From positions 17,298,001 to 17,362,000 of the forward strand of contig OZ193909.1 in assembly GCA_964276515.1 (NCBI GenBank): DNA of 64,000 nucleotides, given 5' to 3'. The DNA is from Gordius albopunctatus. Lineage: Eukaryota. The position numbers were made by a program, and so were the translations under genes. The notes beneath the pieces were generated by a model, which did no database searches, was not told the origin of the DNA, and worked only from the letters and a program-made list of their open reading frames with translations. Shown here one piece after another: positions 21,855 through 34,300 of the stretch (the stretch's first letter is position 1; every line of letters begins with the position of its first letter).

Positions 21855-23069
21855 TCATCTCGCTGCAAACATTTTTGGCATCGCGTTATCGTTGATTTCG
21901 AGTGTCACTTTGAAATCTTTTACTTTTCCTAATTTTTCGGAAAAGACGTGGGGAAACTGTTTAATAATTGCATGTACATTTGAAGGTATTTCAATGATAG
22001 AGTTTAGGCAAACAGACTTTGGTAGAGTTAAGTTAAATTTTGAGATAAATGGCATACCAAATATTGCTGAACCTTTACCTTTGATGACATAAATATCTAA
22101 GTACTTTGTCACACCACCAACGTCCACCTTCACTTTGGTTTTACCAAGTGTTTCAATAGCCGTTCTACCATAGCCGTATATCTTCGGAGCTTGGTAAAGT
22201 TTAGGCTTCCCGATTCGAGACCACGTTATTTCATCAATTACGCTACATGCCGCACCCGTGTCGAAGATCATTTCATAGGGCACATCGTTAATGCGTACGT
22301 TGATGTGGGCTTTGGTGTGATGATCGGAGTCGTGGTTGATGGCTGATAACGTATTCGTCGTCACCGTTCTACAATTTTTTGCTATATGGTTTGGTTTCCC
22401 ACACCGATAACATTTAAGGGGTGGTTTTTTTCTAAATGTGCTAAATTTAGGAAAATGTACATCTTTATTGTTGAATTTATTAAACGACTGCTTAACCTTG
22501 TTTACTTCAACAGCCCCCGATGTTTCGTGTTCTACCGAATCTAACGCCAATGCTAGATTAACTGTTTCTTCGAAACTTATGTTACCTCTCGGATACTTAG
22601 CTCTTAACTCAATGTTAAGCCTTGGTAAGTTACATCCTAGGACAAATATGTCCTTTAATACCTCGTCTAGATTATTTCCAAATTTACAGTTTTTCCAAAG
22701 AAATTTCAACCGAATACTAAATTCAATAATAGTTTCGTTATTTCTACTTGCCTTATAAAATTGTTCTCTATGGTGATAAATAGAAAACTTATTGGCGAAT
22801 ATACTCCTAAGGGCTTTAATTATCTCATCGTAATTAGTTTCGTCTACTAATTTTGGATATAAAAAGTCTCTTATTTTTGTTAGATTGTTAAAACCTACGT
22901 AAGTGAGTAACAAAGTTTTTCGCCTTTCTCCCGTGATATCTCTCAACTTGAATAAGAGCTCAATATTAAATAAATAGTCATCAATCGAATTACTTGGATT
23001 ATACAGAATTGAATCCTTTAATTCTTTTGAGTAATCGCAAGAAAAATTCATCTCCGGTTTGATGTCCAT
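21855..23069 (-). CDS. Gypsy Gag-protease ORF (premature stop at start of RT)
   Basis: CYRCGKPNHIAKNC zinc knuckle and IFDTGA aspartyl protease. The frame continues after the TGA as VPFPLR...WATP...LRICGDFR...IDLKDAFLQL (RT) to ~21535. Confidence 0.88.
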   Translation of the reverse strand: MDIKPEMNFSCDYSKELKDSILYNPSNSIDDYLFNIELLFKLRDITGERRKTLLLTYVGFNNLTKIRDFLYPKLVDETNYDEIIKALRSIFANKFSIYHHREQFYKASRNNETIIEFSIRLKFLWKNCKFGNNLDEVLKDIFVLGCNLPRLNIELRAKYPRGNISFEETVNLALALDSVEHETSGAVEVNKVKQSFNKFNNKDVHFPKFSTFRKKPPLKCYRCGKPNHIAKNCRTVTTNTLSAINHDSDHHTKAHINVRINDVPYEMIFDTGAACSVIDEITWSRIGKPKLYQAPKIYGYGRTAIETLGKTKVKVDVGGVTKYLDIYVIKGKGSAIFGMPFISKFNLTLPKSVCLNSIIEIPSNVHAIIKQFPHVFSEKLGKVKDFKVTLEINDNAMPKMFAAR

Positions 23070-25388
23070 CTGAAAATAATATGGATAATAAATTATTTAA
23101 GTTGAACGAGGTAGGGAGCGTCTTCTACACGAGGTTGAGTTTAAGGTCCAAGGGTTTCTAAATCCTCGTCGCCATTATATCGTATCTCGTTTATTAAGGA
23201 ACATAAAAGAAACAAGTGACGATTGTAATCATAATAACACGTTTAAAAACCCATTCGATTTACAACCAATTAACAATCAATTAACATTGCGTTTCAATTC
23301 GAACGCTCGAGGTCATGCCAATTAGGTAGATAGTATTTGCATACATTACAGATTGTAAGGGAGGGAGTAGGTTGCATACGAAGGTAGGCGAGGAAAAGAG
23401 CGTTCTTTTTCAAAAACTTTGATTGATCACCATTTTCTATTCTACTAGTGTGCGGGAGGGAGTCAAGTTGTGAAACATTAATAAAAACGCTGTAAGTTAA
23501 GTTATTGACATATATCTGATTATGTTATTAATCAGATAAAATGAGCTTTGTTATAAATTATATGTCGTCTTCATCTTTTAAAAAGTCAAGAATTTAAAAT
23601 ATATTTAAAATTAAATTTGCAATTGATTGTTTAGTAAAATGGAAGGGAAAATTTAGGAGAGGAACATCTGCTTACTTATTTAAAAAAAACCAACACTATT
23701 TATCTAAAAAAACCACAACAGGAAGAAATCATAGTATTAAAAACACTTGACTGTTTTTTATACGCAATATTGAGAGCGTTAAGAAATCATAGAATTCAGG
23801 TACATTTGAATCCCATTTTTGTAAAACCTTCCCCCTTGAACGAGTGAGGATAGTATGGATCATTTAACCGTTAATGGAGTGGTCTGATGGTTTTATTATA
23901 TAGGGAACTGGGCCTTCTTAGGACTTAACTGTATGATAGAGTGATTTTTTAGTGTTTAAATTGCCATATTTATTTAACCTGTAACGCAACAGATCACGTC
24001 TCTTCATATATCTTTGTTGTACCAAGTCCTTATACTTTTTAAGATAGCTCGCAATTTTCTCTCAGCATACTTTAAAACTTGTTTGAATGCCCTCTAGCCT
24101 TCATGTTCGGATTTATCAAGCACCAAAGATAAGGTCTCACTGTTTTTGTTTAGTTTTGCAAGAGGTAGGTAGGGATCGCGAAATTAAACAAGCTTCCCAA
24201 TCCGATTTCCAAGAAGTTGACTGGCAGCAATAATTGTGTAAACAAAGTTTATAGAACAGCGTTTAGTGGCTAAAGAGATGGAGCCTATGAGTATGTTTAA
24301 TCTGGGGAATATGGCATTTATTTAACGGCTAGGCAAGTTATAGGAAGTTAAGTGGGAAAATTCACAAGTCTATCGATTTTGTTAGTAATGTTTCTTTCAG
24401 CCAGGTATGAGTATTGAAAAATAATTTAGAGCTGAATAAAATGATTGATTTATACGAGTTCTAATTTTGGAAAATAAGTTTATGTTCAAAAGCCCTTGCG
24501 GAGCGGAGGCGAAATATTTAAGTAATGTACTTTTTTTATTTAAAAAAAGGCTTGATAGGCAGGCATGAGCTTCAAAGTTTATTTTTTGACTTTAAATTTT
24601 TGAGATTATTGTCCAGATAACCTTTTATGCATTTTGAATGCCAATTAGATATTTTATAAGAAAAACCTTGTACGATGGGTAAATGTAATCTGTACATTCA
24701 GGATATATGTCGCATTTCGCTGCATTTGATGCCATGATTTTAATATTTTATTTGATGATATTTAGAGCTTTGATCATCTAAGAAGTGACTGCTAGAGTAG
24801 CATTATTTTGAATAAAAGTAATGACTTAAAGCTTGTGAGACCTTATAATCATAGACAGGGGAGGAAATTTCAAATTTTGGGTTACATTAACTAGAAAGAA
24901 CTAAAGTGTGTTTATGGCTGCGATGGCAAAGATGTAATTAGAAGATATATAGGCGATAAAAAATGATTAAATAAGGCAAATGCACTTATTTAAAACTTAT
25001 ACACCACCCTTCCTTCCAAATTATAACAATTTTATGTTCAATATAAGTAAGATTTTTTTCTCAATTTATTGAGAACATTTATAAATATATATAAAGCTTA
25101 ATCTTAAAAATATCGTTTGGACAAAAAAATGCAAAATATTTACCTTGCGGCGGGCTCGGGCTGATAAAAGTAATTTTGCAAGACTCTAGTCATTACCTCT
25201 TTAATATTTATAGTGTTCGAAATCGTGCCTAGTTCCAAGTAATTATGAAAATTAAAAAACCACTTATTATACCTGTATTATTGTTACAAAGTCTCTGAAT
25301 TAAAATTAGAGAATTTCTCTTTCGGTTAAATTTAAAATATCGATTATATAGTCGAAGTAACTTTGTGCCACACTTCTAATATATTACC

Positions 25389-28300
25389 ATGCGGAAAAAA
25401 ATCGACAATCGTATTCGAAATCTTATTGAAAATGGTGTGACATTAGGTCATCGTAGCATATTTATACTAGTTGGAAAAAAAGCTAGAGACCAGGTTTTGT
25501 TTTTATAGTTTTTGTGCGTTTTGCATTAACTTGTGCATTTATGCTCAATAGTCTTACTTATATGCCATTCTTGATTTAAACAAACATTTTCTTTTTTATA
25601 TAATAGGTTGTGATTTTGCACCACATACTGTCTAAGGCTATGGTTAAATCAAGGCCTAGTGTCTTATGGTGTTACAAAAAAGAATTAGGATTTAGTAGGT
25701 ATAACACAAAATAGATTCTTGCCATATCTCATAATTTCATTTATCTTTAGTCATCGGAAAAAAAGAATGAAACAGCTCAAAAAACAAATTAAAAATGGAA
25801 ATGTTGATATTAATGAAGATGATCCTTTTGAATTTTTTATATCTTCCACAAACATTAGGTATTGTTATTATGCCGAGACAAATAAAATATTGGGCAACAC
25901 TTATGGCATGTGCCTTATTCAGGTGCATTTTTTATACTATTGATAATAGTTTTTAAATTTATAGCATTTTTTAAAATTATATTATTTGAATAATGAATTT
26001 TAACTTTAGGATTTTGAAGCGCTAACTCCTAATATTTTGGCACAAACTATTGAGACTGTTGAGGGTGGTGGATTAATCATATTTTTACTTGACAATATTA
26101 ATTCAATTGAACAACTCTACACTATGTCTATGGTGATTTTTAATTTAAATTTTATATTAATATTATATAATTTCTTCTTAATGTGTTATTTTAATGGAAC
26201 ATTTTTAATTAAAGGATGTTCATTCAAGATACAAAACGGAATCACATATGAAAGTGACTGGTAGGTTTAATGAAAGGTAAACAAAAATATTTGGTAAACT
26301 AAATTTTAGACAAGTGTATATAGATAAAAAATCTTTGTTATCATAAAAATACATTAATATGGGATTTTAAATTAAATATAATTAATTTTTTGTTTTTTAG
26401 GTTTTTACTTTCCCTGACAACATCCCCAAGATGCTTGGTTTTGGATGATCAACTCAATCTAATCCCTGTATCTATACATTCTTCCACTATTGAAAAGATA
26501 ACCCCAAAATCAGAAGTTTGTATATATACATTTTAACATACTAAACAAACCTTTTAATTATCAAATATGTTTTTAAAAATGTCCCCCCTGATAGCTCATG
26601 AATTTCCCCTTATTATAATCATTATTTAGTATGGAATTTAAAATTATTTTTAAATAAGTTTTGGGCACTGGCATGGGCGTAGCCAGCTTTCGGATCAGGG
26701 GGGGGGGCGAGCAAAAAAAATCGCCGAGACTAAGTGAGAGCAAAAAAAAAAAAAAGGTCGCCAAGACATTTTTTTTGGTATTTAACGTTAGTAATTAAAA
26801 TATTTTGCTATTCTTTGGCCTCAACCCACATAAAAACTCATTGGCGAGCAAAAAAAATCGCCGAGACTAAGTGAGAGCAAAAAAAAAAAAAAGGTCGCCA
26901 AGACCTTTTTTTGGTATTCAACGTTAGTAATTAAAATATTTTGCTATTCTTTGGCCTCAACCCACATAAAAACTCATTATTAATCAACAGTACAGTGTAC
27001 AGAGGATATGTAAACGATGTATGAAGGAACTAACACAAACGCAACTACTAATCTCAATAATAATTTAAATTTGCGTCAAAAGTTCGTGAAATAAAATTTT
27101 CAACATAAAACTTAATTTCAATCAGGGGGGGGCGAAACACTAATTTTTTCCAATTTTTACATAAATTTACATTAAAAAATAGAAAAATTCTCATTCAGGG
27201 GGGGGGGGCCCCCCCCCTGCCTACGCCCATGGGCACTGGGTAGGTCCGACCCTTTTTATTTAATTTTGCCCGACCTCAAATTTTTTTACTCAGGCCCGAC
27301 CCAAGCCGGCCCGACTTTTTTGAAATGTAAAAAAATTTTATTCAGAATATCCACCCACACCTTTCTTTTAAACCCAAAAAAATATTTTGTCTCATCTAAA
27401 CAGCCTACTCAACAAAGGAATTGGTAAAAAGTTTTAAAAAATCTTTTAGCTCCTCCGATTGTTTTGACCCATCAGGGCCAACCCAAGCCCGAGACCCTAT
27501 TAAATTTTAATTTTTGGCCTGGGCCCGGCTTTGGAAGGTCCTTGCAGGGCTCTAGCCATGGTTAATTTTTGGCCTGGGCCCGGCTTCGGAAGGTCCTTGC
27601 AGGGCTCTAGCCATGGACCAGGATGCCATAAAATTATATATAGTAACATTGTCTTTTGAATGCATTCATATATATATATATGTATATTGTATATCTGATT
27701 TTGTCGACATTTTATATTAATTTTTCTTTAATAGGAAGAATCATTGACTATGTCACAAATTGAGTTGAAAAATTTGAAGCAATCTTTCCAAGACGTGCAG
27801 CCGATTGGCTCCATCCTCAAACTCTCTAAAACTTTAGACCAGGCAAGTTAAAAATGTCCCCCCAAAAAATCATTTGAACAGCAAATTTTGAATGAAAGTA
27901 ATGACTCGAAGCTTGTGAGACCTTATAATCTCATTGACGTCTCATATCATTTCATGATGGTTATATTTGTACCATTAAACCACCACATTATTAAATCAGA
28001 AAAAAGAAATCCTTCTTCGATCGTGTTGATAAATAGGAAAAATGATAATAAATGATTATTTAAGGAAACGCACATGGCAGTAAATAGCTCTAACTTGTCT
28101 GTGGCTCTAACATCACGTCGTCACGGTATTTTTGTAGAGGATATATATTTTTAAAAATGCTGTTTTTAATGTTTCACTAGTTTAATATTTATTTTACACG
28201 TTTAAAAACACTTTAGTGAACCAAAATTACTATAATCAATATATCTCCTTTCCGTATTTGTGAATGAGCAGACTATCTACTAGTCTATGCATATAATTTA

Positions 28301-31300
28301 CAATGGGAGTTCATTTAATTGTGAAATTTTTACATTTTTTTATTTTAGAATTCTTTAAAATTATTTTGGATTCATATTAAGGCTAAAGCTTTGTTGAAGT
28401 TTGTGGATATAATATCGGAAAAAGTGTTGAGAAGCACGGCATGCCTTACAGCAGCCAGGGGTAGGGGTAAATCGGCCTGCCTAGGACTGGCTATAGCTAC
28501 TGCCGTAGCCTATGGGTAATTTAATGCCACTTCACGTCTTTTAAAGTCTCTTTAAACCGATTTTTTAGCTAAAAATTCATGTTTTTATGAAGTTTATATA
28601 TAGTCAAATTCACGTTCTTGCTTTATAATGAATACTAAATCATTCTGCCATTCGCTTCATAGTGATTATGACTTTCTTCTGGAAATTTTTTGAATTGTAC
28701 GCGGTTAAGGCTGCTATAAGAATTTGAATAAGTCGGCATGTTTTTTCGTAGTACTCCCTTTAGAAATTGTTTTGCTCCTGCGTGAGATTTCGCTTCAAAT
28801 TTAAATCGAAACATAATCGATATAGCTATTTGAATTTATAAAAAAAACTTGACATTCGTGAAATTTCTAACGACCTCAAGGAAATGATTTACGGAACAAG
28901 TTAAAAAGCTATACAAATTTTTTATTGCCCTCTTAGGATATCTTATACAATTTTATCCGAATTAACGTAAACCTAAAAATTAATTTTAGCCGAGACTTTT
29001 AAGCATGTAAACTGTAGTACATTGTCAAATTTTTGCACCAAGGTTTCTAAGTAAATCTCTTTGAAAATAACCCAAAAATCTGACGAAATGCCATAAAAAT
29101 CAAAAACAAGTAATGATGTTTAGATATTCCAACATTTTCGTCACATCCCCGCACCCCGACAACCTGAAAACGCTGTTTGAGTTCGTGATCAAGGGCTTCT
29201 CCGCCCTCTCGTACGAAGAACACATCGATTTCGAGGTAACACTTAGTAAAAAGAAGATATTATTTGGCGAAGGTAGTTTTCCAAAATTTAAACCAAGATT
29301 TATCTTTGAATATTTAATAATATTTTGGATTTAGAAACCATTTCAGCTCTCTTTACAAGTCTAAGCCTTGACGTAGCCAAGGGGGAGGAAGGGGCCCGGT
29401 GCCCCAGAAAGTTGTTCAAATTTAATGGCCTAAATTTGAAAGAAGATCATTTTGCTGGCTATACCCATGATGGGTCTAAGCCTATAATATTTTTTTATGT
29501 AATTAACAAAAACTTGATGCTCTTATAGCCAAGTTACTATTTTTCAAATAGTTTGCGTCACTTTTGCAATGACATCTCTAGAATAGTTTATCCTTATTAT
29601 TCGGCCCATTTCGTTTTATATGAATACTCTATCCGGGATATTCCATGTCAAATTAATCATAAAACCCCTTTTTCGATCGACCCGCTCAGATTTCAGTGAA
29701 ATTCTGGAAGTTTTAGCTTATTTGGATTACTACTCTTCGAGTTGAAATGTCAAAAATCGGTCATTCGACATCGGGTCATCATAACGCTAAATTCGATCAT
29801 TTTTTAAGGTATTCACCCCCTAATCATAAAAGGTGAAAAAAAGGAAAATTTGTTTCGTCGATTGGTCATCTGATACCGGCCAAAATGTTATTTCTACCGC
29901 CGCTCAGGCCCAATTTCAAATTTATATTATGATTTGAATGGGAAAAGTGTGTTGCTCGAACCCTAAAAAAATGGTCAAAGGCAAGTCCTTTACTTTCATT
30001 ACATTTCTAGGTACAGCGTTCTAGCAACGTATCCACGTCCACTAAGAGCATTCATGGAAGTGGAAGTGGTGGCGATGTTGTGAGGTTAAACATCTTTAAG
30101 CGCCACAGGCAAACGGTGCAATACATTGGGCCTGGAGATTGGCCTAAGCTCGCCCAAGCCGAGCTCCTCATAGTTGACGAGGCCGCGGCCATCCCCTTGC
30201 CCCTGGTTAAACGCCTACTCGGACCTTACGTTTGTTTCATGTCATCCACCGTCAGTGGGTAATTCAGAGAAGAGTTTTCATTGCGGACCGCCGTGTTTGT
30301 CTCATATTTTCATTTTTCAGTGTATTAGTAAATTTATTGAAATGGTATAAAAAAAAATTACATCTACGACTAAAATACTATAAAAACTATAAAGACGCGC
30401 CAAAATTAAACGGATCGCATTGATCCGTGTATGAATATCGTGTTGGATTAAACGTTTTTTTCCGATAAAAAGTGCATTGCAATATTTGTTACATTTAAGA
30501 TAAATATATATTGATGTAGAGAGTAATGGCTACGTGTAAATTTATCAAAGAAATTTAGATTTTTTAGGGGAGGGGTGGCAACACTCCCTACTGACTCGCC
30601 CATCAATAAATAAGGAGGTGCTCTCGGGGATTTGTGTTTAAATTGATGTTGGAATACCTGATTGAATCGAGCCTAGTGGATGCATTTAAGCGTTCGTTAA
30701 GTAAACTTGTTTTTTGATCTATTATGTTGTTTTGGCACCGAGGATTTAATTCTTTAAAGGTTCAGGGTTTATGTAACACACATGAATACCATATTCACCA
30801 AAGACTTTTGGGTCAAACCTTTGGTTTATTTATGCGACTAAAAAACACAGACCAACACATCTTGCGGTGCGGTGCGTCTTAGGGCTTGTCTTAATACCGG
30901 ATTCAAATTCAAATGGCGCGAATTTATCTTTATCAAATATTCGATTCAATTTCATGTGTCAGCAGAATCGGTTAGGAACATTCCATGTCAACTCGATCAT
31001 AAAAAGGCGTTTTTCGGCCGACCCCCTCAGAATTTTAAAAAATTTGGTTAAAATGTTAAAAGTAGTAAAATTATTAATTTTCGAAAATTTTAGCTCATTT
31101 GGGCCACTACTTTTTGAGTTGTGGGCGCTCAAAGGTCGAAAATCGGGCTTTTAAAAAATCGGTTCGTGAGGCTATAATTAATAAAATTTATAGGTTATTG
31201 GTCCCCAAATGATATAATCTTGTTGTAGAGGTAGGTAAGACCTATCTCTATAAAAAAAATCAAAAAATATTTTTATTGATTGGTCATCTTATAATAGCCG

Positions 31301-34300
31301 AAATGGCCAAAATAGCATAATTGATGATGAACCCTCTCAAACCGTTTCAAATTTAAGACAAATATTTTATACTATCTATTAATCAAATTAAATAAAAGGA
31401 AAAGTTAGCCGGCCATCTTGAAAGGGTCATAAATTGTTAAAAGGGTTATTTTATTATTTGGCGCCAAAATGAATCTCTGAAAATGTTTTTTTTGCTCATT
31501 TAGTATTCATATTATTTTAATATATCTAGGATGCAAATATTTTTTGCTATAAATTATCCCTCCCCCCCCCCCCATATTCCCCCTATCAATTACAATCAAA
31601 ATTAGCGAGTGATTAATCTTCCCCGGATGCTATAAATTTAATTTTTTTAAATAAAATGGCCTAAAATAATTTACTTTAATATAGTTGTAGGTACAAGTTT
31701 ATATTTATTGATTTTTATTCGACATGTAATAATAAATATTTATGTGAAAAGTATGACGGAGGGCATGTCTTTAAGAATCTATAAAAAATTAATTTATCAT
31801 TATCTGAACCTACAACTATATTGAAGTAAATTATTTTAGGCCATTTTACAGCTGTTCATCATCAATTATGCTATTTTGGCCATTTCGGTTATTATAAGAT
31901 GACCAATCAATAAATAAACATCAATTTAGAACGTTCGCCGGGATTCAAACCCACATTAAATAGAGGCATAAGCCTTTGAAGGGGAACAGGGAACCATATC
32001 AATAGAGGCATAGGCCCTTGTAGGGGAGGGCATAGGGTAATTATCAATGTTAAACTATTCAAAAACGAAAAATTAAAAATTTCGATTTATTTGGCCAGTG
32101 GTCATTTTTTCCATTGGTCAGTAGCCTGCGGACGGTCAAAAAGTCATATTATCAATGGTATTAACAAGAACAAAATATTAATTTAATTTAAAAAAAAAAT
32201 AAAAAAAAATTTGTCCTCTCCGGGTCTCGAACCCGCAACCTCCAGGTCGGGAAGCTGGTGTAAATAACTTGGTGGACGACGGACGGACGACGGACGGACA
32301 ACCAAAAACGAGCCCATAAATTGCATAGCAATTAAAATTTTTTGAGGTCTTACCTATCTTACAACAAGATTCTATGATTTGGGGTCCAATAACCTACAAA
32401 TTTTATTAATTATGGCGTCACGAACCGATTTTTTAAAAGCCCGATTTTAGATCTTTGAGCGCCAACAACACGAAAAGTAGTAGCTCAAATGAGCTAAAAT
32501 TTTCGAAAATGAATAATTTTACTAGTTTTAACATTTTCACCAAATTTTATAAAATTCTTAGGGGGTCGGCCGAAAACATGGCGATTTGACATCGAATGTC
32601 CCTGTATTGTTTTTTGATAGTTAAATCCGTTTTTTTATATTTATTTCAACTCTTGAGATTAATCACTGTTATATTATGCGTCTGAAATGAAAATCTGCTG
32701 CTGTGAATTCGAAGTTTAGACACGGCTATGTTATAATAACCCGTACAACGATTTTTGCTGGGCCGCAAAATCCGATATTAAGACAAGCCCCTAAAATGCG
32801 ATTTTGCGTAGATGCAAAAAAACGAATGCATGTTAGAAAATAGCCGCGTCTTAATACGAGCGTCACCTCATTTTTGTTCTGTCTTTGTGTTTTTTTTCTC
32901 ATAATACAAATATTTATCATTTAATTACGCTTATTAGTGAATTGTTGATGCTACGACATGTATATCGCCGCATATTTAGACAAACAAAAATATGGCGCTT
33001 GAAGTTGAATCGTATATTAAGACGGGCCCTTTGGTTGATGTTTAGTCATCGAAAACTAATATAAGCTTAAAAACTTATGAACAATTCGTTAAGCAGCGCT
33101 TGGTATGGTGCAAGCAAACTCTCGCATATTCTTTTGTTAAGCCGACGCTAGTCTAATTTATCATTCTAAAATGTCGCTAAAGGTAATTTCAATTAAGAAA
33201 ATCTCATAAAAATTATTCTTAAAATTTTTTATACAACTTACCCCGGCTTCGTTTTAAGGGTTGTTGGGATATTTATATATTTTTTACGCCTCCTCAATTT
33301 TCACAGTTACGAGGGAACGGGTCGTTCTCTGTCGCTGAAATTATTCAAGCAACTCCGAGAACGGTACGCTAAATCTTTGGCCCAAACCAGTGGACCCAAC
33401 GCCACCACTTTGGATGCCAGCTCATCAGGTGAGTTTTGGTGTGCTCATTTTAGAGGCCTTGGCCCAACAGACTTAATATAGAAATGCCTGGGTTTTGTTT
33501 GGTCTACCTTTGGTTTTAGTCGATTAAGCCTAAACAGACCCAAGGTTTTTTGGTCTCTTTATGTTTGATCGAGCACTAGGCTAAGCCGGAATTTAGAAGA
33601 TAGACCAGAATCGGGCCTTAGTCATGGTTCAACCCACCCAAAACCCAGCCGTTTTTACAACTCTAGCATGAGCAGATAGGGTGCTCAGGTTTCATTTAGG
33701 GGTGTGGATTACAATAAACGCCCGCGCACATTCTGTTTAACCACCGTGATTATTATTAGTCCCCTTACCTCTCAGTCCCAGGGGTTATGGGAAGGGAATT
33801 ATATCTAATATATAAATTGATTTGCAGTGGCGACCGACGCAATTCAACGATCCCTCTCAAATTTTGACCAAATATGATTTAGATGTGGGCCGGGATTGCC
33901 CTACGCATAAAGCATAAATTAACTGGAGTGCTCGACTAGAAAAGTTTATAAAAGCGCTTGGGTTTGTTACGACTTGCGAATTTTGTTCCTATTCCCAGGT
34001 TAAGGCGTATCCCACTTTTTAAACCCCATTTTTGGCAAAATCAAATGATTAATGAAACGATACGGAAATTATTATTTTCGTGATTGCATGTTAACTACTC
34101 TCTAAACTTTTTAGTGCTATTATAGTTCCAAATATTAACAGTAAAATATTCTTCTAAAGGTTTTGTCGGTACTTTGTTTTGGAAAGAACGTTTTATATTT
34201 CAAATTTTACCTTTTGTTTGTATATTTTGACAAAATTTTAATCAATAGTGTGCGAATTTTTATTTACTAATTTTGCGTCTCGTCTTGAATATAATATGCT

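Larger units (their letters stand above)
19851..23350 (-). mobile_element. Ty3/gypsy (Mag-like) LTR retrotransposon, RT/RNaseH-deleted
   Basis: 175-bp LTRs 23176-23350 and 19851-20025 with 3 mismatches. PBS tggcgacgaggat (matches the 3' end of tRNA-Ser), PPT aaaagggggagtaa, 5-bp TSD gatgg/gattg. Gag CCHC knuckle, protease DTGA, RT N-terminus, integrase. Confidence 0.95.
19129..23492. mobile_element. Foldback/long-inverted-repeat DNA element split by the gypsy insertion
   Basis: Left arm cttgactcccctcccgcacactagtag...ttaccatgtatatgttttcgctactcttgcattt is mirrored by aaatgcaagagtggcgaaaacatatagatgg (19820-19850) continuing after the gypsy as taag...ctactagtgtgcgggagggagtcaag (23356-23467). Confidence 0.75.

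Noticed and set aside
21855..21857. Programmed readthrough or selenocysteine at the gypsy TGA (and the CRE TGA at 54874)
   Set aside because: More simply explained by CGA>TGA and TGG>TGA point mutations in decaying elements; no SECIS seen.
23760..24960. Possible exons or LINE remnant upstream of NAT10
   Set aside because: Only short, stop-ridden frames (e.g. RTWYNKDI, MASNAAKCDIYPEC on the minus strand); no consistent splice model or family assignment.
32212..32270. tRNA gene
   Set aside because: Only T-arm/3'-half similarity; no D-arm or paired acceptor stem; embedded in a repeat.
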